From Eledone cirrhosa (Eukaryota), in contig OZ024740.1 in assembly GCA_964016885.1 (NCBI GenBank), forward strand, positions 286,130,001 through 286,194,000: a DNA stretch of 64,000 nt. The letters are read 5' to 3'. The stretch's first letter is position 1. Every line of letters begins with the position of its first letter. Positions 35,951 to 46,344 of this stretch are shown piece by piece. The notes beneath the pieces were generated by a model. It did no database searches and had not been told where the DNA came from. It saw nothing but the letters and a program-made list of their open reading frames with translations. Both the position numbers and the translations under genes were made by a program.

Positions 35951-38900
35951 TCATCATCATCATCAGCGTTTAACGTCCGTGTTCCACGCTTGCATGGGTT
36001 TGGACGGGGGTAGTCCCACTTGAGGCAAGAGTGATTGTCTTGCTCGCATAGGACTGTCTGGCAGGTTTTCTACAGTTGGATGCCCTTCCTAACACCAACC
36101 ACATTTACAGTGTGGGTCTGGGAGGTTTTTACCGTGTTGCCTACACGGCCACATTACAGCGTGGACTGTGTGTTTTTTTGTCGTGACACCTACACGATCT
36201 CATTTGTTTCGGCCTCGATGGCGCGGCACCAACATAACTTTACATAGAACGGGGTGGTGTGGATCGGGTGGGGGTGGTGGGACGGGGTGTATTTGTTAGA
36301 GATGCCTACTGGCTGGAGTAGGTTTTACTATATATTTAGGTAAGGCGGGTCTTCTCTGTTACTGAGTACCGCCAAAGGTCTCGGTCCAGTGACATTGTCT
36401 TGGAGAGGTGTAAGTGTGTGATGTCGGAGTTTATCAGCTCGTCCCAGGTTTTTCTAGGTCTGCCTATTCCGTGACTACCGTCTATCTTTATTGCCCTGCA
36501 CTTTGTTATACAGCTATCGACTTTCATGCGCATCACGTGTCCATACCAACGTAGCCTTCTCTCGAGTAAACAACATCTGATCCCTCTTATCTCTAATTTA
36601 TTCCTTAGTTCGTTTATGCTTTGCCGTTCACGTATATTACTGTTACACATCCAGCGGAGCATGCAAGCTTCGTTCCTCTCTAGTCTGCGTATATCCTCTG
36701 CACACAATGCCCAGGTCTCACTGCCATGCAGCATTGCTGTTCGTATGCAGGCATCGTACAACCTGCCTTTCATTTTTAGTGAGAACCCTTTAGCAGCTAA
36801 TAGTGGTATAAGCTCTCTGAACTTTTTCCAACCAGTTCTGACTCTAGCTACAGTACTTTCAGAGCACCCTCCCCCACTGCTGATTTTATCGCCCAGGTAA
36901 CGGAAGCTGTCCACTATTTCTATAGAACCCTCTGCGCAATTGAAAGAGCTAGTAGTTTGTGGGCACTTGCTGCTACTTATTGCACCAGAGCACCGGCCAC
37001 ATGTAAAATCTATGTTCTTAGTTAGCCTACCTGTGATCCCACTACATCTTTTATGCACCGATACTTTGCATTTAGGACATAAAATGGAGTTTCTACCTAC
37101 GCCTTTCCTACACACCGAGCACGACCATTTCCCAGAAGGGACCGCCGCCTTGTTTTCTTTCCTACAAACTAGTACTTTGGTCTTAGCCAGGTTAATTTTA
37201 AGTCCTTTTGACTCTAGGCCGTGCTTCCATGTTTGGAATTTCTTCTCTAGCTCGGCCATAGATTCCGCTATGAGTGTCAGGTCGTCTGCGTATAGGAGTT
37301 CCCATGGGCAGCCTGTCTTGAACTCCTCTGTTATGGCCTGAAGGGCAATAATAAATAGTAGTGGACTGAGAACAGAGCCCTGATGGACGCCGACTTTTAC
37401 GCTAAACTCTTCACTATATTCGTTGTTAATTCTAACCTTGCTGACTGTTTCTTTATACATGGCTTGTATAGCCCTCACAAGCCATTCGTCAACGCCTAGT
37501 TTTCTAAGAGCCCACCAGATAATGGAGCGGGGGACTCTGTCGAAGGCTTTCTCCAAGTCGACAAAAGCTAAGTAGAGGGGTTTACCTTTAGCTAGGTACT
37601 TCTCTTGTAGTTGTCGTACTATGAAAAGAGCGTCTGTGGTACTTTTGCCTGACACAAACCCGAACTGCATTTCATCTAGGTCAATTCTCTCTCTGATTAG
37701 TTGCGCTATTACTCTTTCCGTGACCTTCATGACCTGGTCGATTAATTTAATGCCTCTATAGTTACTCCTATCTAGGGCGTCTCCTTTACCCTTATAACAG
37801 TTAACGATGATGCTGCTATGCCAGTCCTTCGGAACAACCCCGTTTTGTACGACTTGGTTAACTATGCGGGTGACCATGGTGTGTCCCACCGTGCCAGATG
37901 CCTTCAGCATCTCAGCAACTATTTCCGAAGGCCCAGCCGCCTTACCAGTCTTCATATCCTTGATTGCCTTACTTATTATACTCCCCTCGACTAACACTGC
38001 TGGTCCCTCTATTGGGTCGATATGGGGGAGACTGCCTTTCTCCCAATTATTCTCCTCATTTAGAAGCCTTTCATAGTGACACTTCCAAGCTACCTTCTTA
38101 TCAGCGTCGGTGATGGCAAGTGTGCCATCGTCGTTTAGTACACACTTCTCCCCGACAATATCACGGTTTTCCTTGACGCATTGCCTAGCAATCCTGAACA
38201 CCTCACGTTTTTGGTCATCGCGTTGTAGAACATGCTTGAACTTTCTTTCCTCAGCTTCCCTTCTTGCTAAGTACACTTGTCTCCTAGCTTCCCTCCTGGC
38301 CACTTGATAGTCCTCTCTACTTCCCCCATCCCGCCATACTTTCCAAGCCTGCTTTTTGGCCTTAATTGACCCCTCCACCTTACTGTTCCACCACCATGTT
38401 ACTCTCCTCCTGCCTACAGGCCTGCTCCAGCCACAGACCTCGTCTGTCGCCAACAGCAGGTTTGCTTTCAGAAATTCCCACTCTCCCTCTATATTGTCCG
38501 ACTCTAAATGTTCTTCCTTACTGTCGAAAGCATCAAGTAATATGCTTTGAAATTTATTCCTGGCTGTGGGGTCCTTTAACTTCCATATTTTCCTCCTGAG
38601 GATAGTCCTCTTCTGTTGTCGAGTACGTCTCGTCCTGACTATGAGGTCGCTAATTATCAGTCTATGTTGGGAGGTGCATTCTTCATGGGGGAGGGATTTA
38701 GTGTTAACAACAGACACTCTGTCACGTCTTCTGGTAAGGATATAATCTACCTGGCTTGTGTGTTCCCCGGATCTATAGGTGATCAGGTGATTGTCACGTT
38801 TTTTGAAGTTAGTGTTACAGATAGTTAGGTTATTTGCATCACAGAATTCCAGGATTCTGGAGCCTTCCTCATTTCTAGTACCAAACCCATAGCCTCCATG

Positions 38901-39376
38901 GATTTCGTCGTAGCCGTCACAATGTTGTCCAACGTGACCATTTAGGTCGCCTGCGATAATTATATAGTCACTGTCGGATATTTGGGAGGTAGTTAGCATC
39001 AGTGTCTCATAGAATCTGTCTTTTATAGTGCCGGGCAGTCCGGATTGGGGTGCGTACGCAGATATTACTGTCACCGTAGTTCTATTGAGGACAAGTCGTA
39101 TTTTAATTATTCTGTCGTTCACTCTATTTACGTCTATTATCTTATCTGCCCACTTTTCTGCTACCATGATTCCTACTCCACCCAGCCCATCGTCGTTTCC
39201 CACCCAGAAAAGCTTATAACAACGTTTTTTACCCTCAATGAACCTAGCAGACCCACCCCTCCACCTGGTCTCTTGAATACAACAAACATCGACCTCCTTA
39301 CGTTCAAGCATTTCTACAACCTCGTTAGCGCGACCCTTTAGGGTGCCTACATTTATGGTACCAACTCTGAAGTTTT
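35951..39376 (-). mobile_element. Young RTE-clade LINE, copy 1 (5'UTR lost), inserted in a TA microsatellite
   Basis: (ATG)n tail at ~35951-35964, ~370-nt 3'UTR, uninterrupted ORF; truncated exactly at the start of the APE domain (NFRVGTINVGTL). Confidence 0.95.
36336..39311 (-). CDS. RTE ORF: APE endonuclease + reverse transcriptase with inserted C4HC3 (PHD-like) finger, 991 aa, no stops
   Basis: CIQETRW, SAYAPQ, AGDLNGHVG, QVDYIL, SQHR (APE); QFGF, FVDLEKAFD, GVHQGSVLSP, YADD, FRYLG (RT); CSVC..CPKC..HKRC..CGRC; C-terminal GRPRKTW. The frame stays open upstream to ~39374, and the native start is missing. Confidence 0.93.
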   Translation of the reverse strand: MLERKEVDVCCIQETRWRGGSARFIEGKKRCYKLFWVGNDDGLGGVGIMVAEKWADKIIDVNRVNDRIIKIRLVLNRTTVTVISAYAPQSGLPGTIKDRFYETLMLTTSQISDSDYIIIAGDLNGHVGQHCDGYDEIHGGYGFGTRNEEGSRILEFCDANNLTICNTNFKKRDNHLITYRSGEHTSQVDYILTRRRDRVSVVNTKSLPHEECTSQHRLIISDLIVRTRRTRQQKRTILRRKIWKLKDPTARNKFQSILLDAFDSKEEHLESDNIEGEWEFLKANLLLATDEVCGWSRPVGRRRVTWWWNSKVEGSIKAKKQAWKVWRDGGSREDYQVARREARRQVYLARREAEERKFKHVLQRDDQKREVFRIARQCVKENRDIVGEKCVLNDDGTLAITDADKKVAWKCHYERLLNEENNWEKGSLPHIDPIEGPAVLVEGSIISKAIKDMKTGKAAGPSEIVAEMLKASGTVGHTMVTRIVNQVVQNGVVPKDWHSSIIVNCYKGKGDALDRSNYRGIKLIDQVMKVTERVIAQLIRERIDLDEMQFGFVSGKSTTDALFIVRQLQEKYLAKGKPLYLAFVDLEKAFDRVPRSIIWWALRKLGVDEWLVRAIQAMYKETVSKVRINNEYSEEFSVKVGVHQGSVLSPLLFIIALQAITEEFKTGCPWELLYADDLTLIAESMAELEKKFQTWKHGLESKGLKINLAKTKVLVCRKENKAAVPSGKWSCSVCRKGVGRNSILCPKCKVSVHKRCSGITGRLTKNIDFTCGRCSGAISSSKCPQTTSSFNCAEGSIEIVDSFRYLGDKISSGGGCSESTVARVRTGWKKFRELIPLLAAKGFSLKMKGRLYDACIRTAMLHGSETWALCAEDIRRLERNEACMLRWMCNSNIRERQSINELRNKLEIRGIRCCLLERRLRWYGHVMRMKVDSCITKCRAIKIDGSHGIGRPRKTWDELINSDITHLHLSKTMSLDRDLWRYSVTEKTRLT

Positions 39377-39417
39377 ATATACTATATATATATATATATA
39401 CTATATATATATATATA

Positions 39418-39448
<31 letters not shown>

Positions 39449-40083
39449 CTATATATATATATATATACTATATATATATATATATACTATATATATATAT
39501 ATATATACTATATATATATATATATATACTATATATATATATATATATACTATATATATATATATATATACTATATACTATATATATATATACTATATAC
39601 TATATATATATATACTATATACTATATATATATATACTATATACTATATATATATATACTATATACTATATATATATATACTATATACTATATATATATA
39701 TACTATATACTATATATATATATACTATATATATATATACTATATACTATATATATATATACTATATACTATATATATATATACTATATACTATATATAT
39801 ATATACTATATACTATATATATATATACTATATACTATATATATATATACTATATACTATATATATATATACTATATACTATATATATATATACTATATA
39901 CTATATATATATATACTATATACTATATATATATATACTATATACTATATATATATATATATATACTATATATATATATATATACAGTGTATATATATTT
40001 ATATATTTATACTGTACTGTGTATATATATATATATACAGTGTATATATATATAAATATATATATATACAGTGTATATATATA

Positions 40084-40870
40084 CTAGCAGAGGTACCTAG
40101 TGTTGCTCGGGTATTAAATAGTTATGTATAGCATTCATGTCAATACTTCGGTGCTGCTTCCAAAACTATACTTGTACAAAATCATTGGGTTTTTCCAAAA
40201 GGGAGTTCCTGCCTCTAGGGGTTCCCTACTCAATATGTACCAATTCTGAGTGTTCAAATTCATCTGTAGAACATACGTAGCCCATGTGTCAAGTTTGATG
40301 AAAATCGGTTGCGAAATCCAGAAGTTATGATGTTTTGTTGCATTGCACTGCAGTGCTTCAGTCGACTCCAAGGAAGCGGTTAAAAGGGGTTATCTGCCCT
40401 CGGGGTACCCTATAATCAATATCTGGAAAAATAAAAGTGCCCATGACCATTTGGAGTACATAAGTAACCTATGTCTTAAATACATTGCTGCTCATAGTTT
40501 TCTAATGCTCTTGCAATAGCTTTATGTTCAGCATCTTGCGATCGTCTAATTGCAGCCTCCATTGACGATTCATTTGCCTTTCTTCTTTTCCCTCTCTCAG
40601 CTTTCGCCGTTTTTCAACTAATGGCGGATCTCTTCCTTGGAGCTTTATCTAAGGAAAGAGGATGTAACACACTAAGATGAGTAAAATGTTAACCAACAAT
40701 TATATAAGTTTCGCACATGTGACGTGATTGTCACAGGGATCCAGAGACAGTCTTCGTCCACTTACATTAGACAAAAACTTCCAAATTTGAAGAAAATCAG
40801 TTGCAGACTGTAGAAGTTATGAGGGTAAGGACATACACACACACACATCCTCAGTTTTATATATATATAT
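40084..40870 (-). mobile_element. Non-autonomous Helitron
   Basis: 3' CTAG at 40084-40087 next to a decayed hairpin (cctagtgttgctcggg); 5' end ...cacacacatcctcagttttatatata matches the terminus of the 56009-56922 element. Confidence 0.7.
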
Positions 40871-41109
40871 ATATATATATTTATTAAGGGTGAAAGCAGC
40901 GATTCTTTGCTTAAACTTTAATCTGTTATTTTAATAAATATTTGCTCTACGGTTCTTATATATTTGATATATATATCCTTATCGAGCCCTCTTTGGATTT
41001 TAGTCTTCAAATTTATTATTATTATTATTATTACTATATATATATAGAACTGAATTGAGTTTGAATTATTTTTCCCACATCTTATGTTAACTATTTTCCC
41101 ATTTTGACG

Positions 41110-41173
41110 CTATAGTCACTTATATATTATGGAATACTGTTAGCTTCTCGCTACAACAATTTCTATACTTTTC

Positions 41174-41213
<40 letters not shown>

Positions 41214-41378
41214 ACTTATATATTATGGAATACTGTTAGCTTCTCGCTACAACAATTTCTATACTTTTCATTTATATATATATATATATATATATATAGT
41301 CACTTATATATTATGGAATACTGTTAGCTTCTCGCTACAACAATTTCTATACTTTTCATTTATATATATATATATAGA
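41110..41378. repeat. Three tandem copies of a ~65-bp unit separated by variable (TA)n
   Basis: atagtcacttatatattatggaatactgttagcttctcgctacaacaatttctatacttttcatt x3. Confidence 0.92.
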
Positions 41379-41379
41379 T

Positions 41380-41894
41380 GCGTGTTTGTGTGTGCATGGA
41401 CATTGTAATTTCCCCGACACACACAACACACACACAGTAACAGTACGTCTTGTGTGAAAGAGAGAGAGAAAGAGACGTAAGGTTGAGGAAGGGGGAGAGT
41501 TAAATTGTATGTAAAGAATAAATAAATAAAAGTTAAACTTATTGAACGCTGCTGTCACTCATATGTAGCATGTATAATTCTAATAAGTTGTTGCCTCGTT
41601 TTGGAGGACTGAGTTGAGGGAGGAGGAAGTGTGGGGGCGGGGAGTAGTGGGTTTAACATACAGTAGTAGTATCTCCTCTTCCCCTCTTTCACTGAAATGT
41701 CTTCTCTTACCTCTTCCATTGCATAGATGTCCCCATGGGTTCCATTATTGATTTTTATTGAAATCTTATTAGCCAGTCCTGTTTTTGAATATTAGCTTAA
41801 TTTGTGTAAAGTTTCATCAGGATCAGATCACTGGTGTAGGCGCCAACTGGTTATACACATATACACAGACAGAAATTGCCACTTATATAGTAGA
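41380..41894 (-). mobile_element. Non-autonomous Helitron fragment (5' end preserved)
   Basis: Minus strand begins A|TCTACTATATAAGTGGCAATTTCTGTCTGTG; subterminal aagtttcatcaggatc motif. The 3' limit is uncertain. Confidence 0.5.
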
Positions 41895-42124
41895 TATAGT
41901 ATATATATATATATAGTATATGTATATATAGTGTATATATATATGTAGTGTATATATATAGTATATACAATATAGAGAGGATAATACATAGGAGAATGTG
42001 TTTTCAATTACAGTGAGTATAAGGCCATGAGAGTGAAAAACATAAAAACTACGAAAGGTATGGGAAATACATCATAATTAAAAAGATAAATTGAAATGAA
42101 ATAACCCACCTTTATAACTATATG

Positions 42125-42207
42125 ACACCTGTACAGACTCACAAAGAGAATGTTTCACCATAAATTAGTGTAAGAATCATATCAACTCAGGGATCTTCAG
42201 CAGGTGT
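42125..42207 (-). ncRNA. Full type-I hammerhead ribozyme motif with intact core
   Basis: Minus strand: acacctg-CTGAAGA-tccctgagttg...taatttatggt-GAAA-ca ttctc tttgt gagtc tg-TA-caggtgt. Perfect 7-bp stem I, imperfect stem II (U.U at its base) and a closed stem III. Confidence 0.72.
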
Positions 42208-42715
42208 AAAGAAGATATGTTCCACACTTCTAAAATATATTCGATTACAGAAGCAACAAGCATAAACGAACTCCAACTAAAATTAAACAGAAAACATAAA
42301 TGGAATAGCAACATCACAACCAGTAATTAAGGACAAAATAAAGACATACAGACACACACAAACCAAACTAACAAAACAAATCAGGCACACACAGATAGAA
42401 CAAACAAACAACTAACGACAAGTAAATAAACACATAAATAAATAAAAACACACACCCGGATGTAACGCATGCGCAAACTAAGCACACAACACACAGATAC
42501 AAGATGATGTAGGACAGAACAAAGGAGAGACAAAATAAAAACCTAGTCACTGAGGAGGTCACAAATGTGTGACAAAAGAGCTTTGACAATATATAAACAA
42601 CCATCCGCTTATGGAACCAACCAACCAACCGGAAATTTATAATATATATATAAATTCATATATATATTATATATAGAATTCACAGGAATCAAAGCTATGT
42701 TCAAAGCATTTATTA

Positions 42716-42760
42716 GCTTACAATTGTTTCATCCAAACCGAGGCTTGGAGTCTTCGGAGC
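42716..42760 (-). ncRNA. Minimal type-I hammerhead motif with one core substitution
   Basis: Minus strand: gct-CCGAAGA-ctccaagcctcggtttggat-GAAA-CAATTG-TA-agc; well-paired stem II and palindromic stem III. Confidence 0.6.
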
Positions 42761-45700
42761 ATTTGTCAATGTTTGTATACATACATGACCTCCTTTCCAA
42801 CGCAAGAGACATACAGATACATATGTATATATTGATGTACAGTGGGGTGACATATATTATATTATTTCTGAATGGTAATTTAAATTCAAAAATGAAAATC
42901 ATATTAAAACAGAATCAAAGCAAAATTAAAATTAAAAATACAACATCAATGCAAATTTAAAATACAATCGGCACTTAACGTAGATAATGCAAGAGGATAG
43001 TTTGTTAGTCAGTTGTAGTAGTTATTGTATGCATTAGTTACACGTGGGGCATGCACGTGTGTCTTATTTATATATGATTATTGTGCGGGGGCGTGTTATA
43101 TGTAATACAAGCACGTTAAGCGGGTAATCAAGAGTATTATGGAGGTTGTAGTGGTAAGGTATTTTTTGTATATGATAAAGAAATAGTATAAATGAGAAGC
43201 AAAATAATGTTATGGTTTTTGTATACACCACTATTTTGACATTCAGGAAACGTAATATATAGTTTATATGTCCTTCACATAATTAACGATGATTCCGTAT
43301 TGGATGTTTGATGTATTAAGTTAAATTATTACAGCTTGTTGCGGCTCAGTGTTCTTTAATCCAATTTTATAGAGCAGGTTGTTTCTGTTGCGAGAATTTA
43401 CATCGTTTTATTATCCGGAAGTATGTGTGTGACTAAGGGGAGTTAATGCGTGAGGGGAGGTAACTAGCTGATTTCTATAACTAAATTTATTATTCCAACA
43501 TACATTAAAAGGTGTCTCAATTGAGTCCCTTATATATACGGTTATACACAGTTTCCAAATTTAAGTATCCCATCTTTAATTACAGTCTACTCTATCATGA
43601 AGTACTAAAAGGTATCTATATTAGGATGATTACTCCCTATCATAGAGTGCTACCACTGAATATTCCATACGAAGAGTCAGATCTACATATCAAAGTTCTT
43701 TGTAAATGTAGTCTACTCACAGAACCTGTCAGGGGCCCTATTAGAACCACGTCTATATAACCCCTGGTAAGCTCTCGGTCAGTGTATGGCTGATTGCATG
43801 GCAAAGTTAAATATCTCTAGTGTAGACCAAAAAACATTTCTCACTTACAATGTCATTAATCTATCTATCAAGTTATACATGCATATATAACTCACATACC
43901 ACTTGTACATAATTCATTGTACTCAACATATAGATTATACAGCTCTCTTATGTTAATAAATTAATCCTCTTTTTATCTAATGATAGCACTCCATACATAC
44001 AACAACATTTGCACAAATAATTCATTGCTGAATTCGGTGTTTAAAGTTTACATATAATTATATAGTGATACAGTCTAAGTAATTGAAAGTAATTAATTTT
44101 TGAATTTAAATTACCATTCAGAAATAATATAATATATGTCACCCCACTGTACATCAATATATACATATGTATCTGTATGTCTCTTGCGTTGGAAAGGGGG
44201 TCATGGTGACTGTGCCCTTCTTCAATTCAAGGTTGTGTGGCAGCATACCAGATGGTTCCAGACTGTGGAGAAATTCAACGGGATAATGAACAGTGTCATC
44301 CTCATTGACAACCTTGTCAATAGATTGTAGTTCTGACTGCCTCCAAAGTATGCTTATGTGCCATTGTGTATTCAACCCCAAAAATTGCAACACAACTTTG
44401 CAATACTTGAGCAGCTCCTGAGTTCTTTATATGACACGCATTTAAACTGAGGTCCAGGTCCAAGTTCAAATTGAAAGCAGAATGAGCTGTTCGACCTCCA
44501 GGTAAAAATGTAGCCGCAATTGCAGATGAAGCAACTGCTAAAGCTATTTTTTGGTCTTTTCATATTTTAGACAATGATAGATTTATCAAGAAGGTTTTAC
44601 CAACTCCACCCGGAGCATTGATAAAAAAATAGGCCACCATTCTGTTGTGTAGTTGACTTAAGTATAATGTTATATACTGCTTTTTGATCATCTAGCAGTT
44701 TTGGTTCATTTTCGTAAAACATAGGAGATGAGGTCTTATAAATTGCATGAAGTTTCTTGCACAATTTCACTCCTTAGGCCATAAAAATTAGTTCTATCAG
44801 TGCTAGGAAGGTCTAATAAATGCAGAGCAGGTCCATTTAGTTCCACCAGTTTGTCTTCAATCATGATCAAAGCTGTGTTATAATGTTCATCTGAAAAAGT
44901 TACTTCTATGTCAGAGTTTCTCAATTGTGCTTCATGTTTGATGTCCTCAGACCTGCTGACCCTATACTTTAGCCAAAGCACCAATGGATTGGCTATGTCA
45001 TAATTTTTTTTATTATAGTTGTGAACAAATTCCAAATACTTTTGGTGGTCCGAGATAGAGACGCCTCTGCAAGTGTAGCATCCCATTGATTGTCGTCTTC
45101 CAACAGACCTCTCCACATGCAGTCCTCTTGAGAGGTGTTACAAACAGTGCCATCCACTTTAAGAAATTAATTGAAGCCTTGAGGGCCTCTAACTTCATTA
45201 AGCCTCATCATCAAGTGGAAGCATTCGCGCTATCCTGGATGTATTGTGTAAATCCTACCTAGTGTTTCTGCTTTACGAATTTCAGGATGGTTCTCTAGTG
45301 GTTTTCTTTGTTTTCACCTATTCCATTTTCCTCTCTGTTTATTATAGGTGTAGTAAGATGGTATTTGTCTGTATAGTAGAGTTCATGAAAGTTGTCAGTT
45401 CTACAAAGTTCAAAAAAATGTTAGTAAAGTTGTCTTTGTTGGTGCTATGGCTTGTTGGGATTTACTTTGGGCTGTAAAATACACATGTTGTCCATTTGCC
45501 AAATGGACGTCAAATGAACCTTAATTGGGATTCCGAAAATGTACCAGAATGCTTTGTTATTGATGATATATCAGCCGCGTTTGAAGTTGGACACTTCATC
45601 AGACACATTTCGTTGTTGTAGAGCAAACATGGTAGCATCGGAACTCTTGTTGACATATTTGCACACATACTTTATTGCTTTGACTTAATGCTAATATTCA

Positions 45701-46185
45701 ATATTAATGTGAGAATCGAAAGTTTTGCTACAGAGTGGGCAATAGGGTATGATCCATCGATTGTCAATCTCATATCACCCAATATAGGCTTTGAAACCTC
45801 CTGCATCTGGGCTTCTTCGACAGTAAGATGGGTAACCCTCATCAGAAGTCTGTGTTTCTTGTATGAATTGTTTAGGATATTTTTTTTTACACTTACGGTT
45901 TTGATTTTTCATATGTTTATTCACTTTTCGCCAATTCATTGCTGCTTCAATTATTCCTACTACGGTGTACCTCATGTAATCGTAACGTACACATTTTTCT
46001 ATCTACTCCACGCTTCAATTTCGTACCTAGTCCAAACATCCAATCTCGCAAAATCCGAAATCTGTATTTTTTGTTATTTATTTATGTTTAAATACGGTTG
46101 TTTTTGTCGTATTGAACAGAACAAATCTTGCAGTTTTGCTTTTTGTTAATCGCTTGTTAAACATTCATAACCTTCCAGCTAGCTA

Positions 46186-46303
46186 CCCCACACCCGCCCC
46201 CACACACCACCATTCTTAATACGTGGACCAATCATAAGCCAGAGCCCCCCCCCCCCACGCATCACCATTATTATTATTACGCGGACCAATCATAAGCCAG
46301 AGG
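46186..46303 (+). promoter_or_regulatory. Candidate internal promoter in the RTE 5'UTR
   Basis: GC box CCCGCCCC at 46193-46200; duplicated ggaCCAATcataagccagag (CCAAT at 46228 and 46286); locally CpG-rich. Confidence 0.35.
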
Positions 46304-46344
46304 CCTATACTATCGCTTGCCCGGTTGCCTTCGATATATGATGG

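Noticed and set aside
36526-39341. Plus-strand ORFs antisense to the RTE ORF (mirrored at 46.3-49.9 kb)
   Set aside because: These are shadow frames of the LINE coding strand; their recurrence only reflects copy identity.
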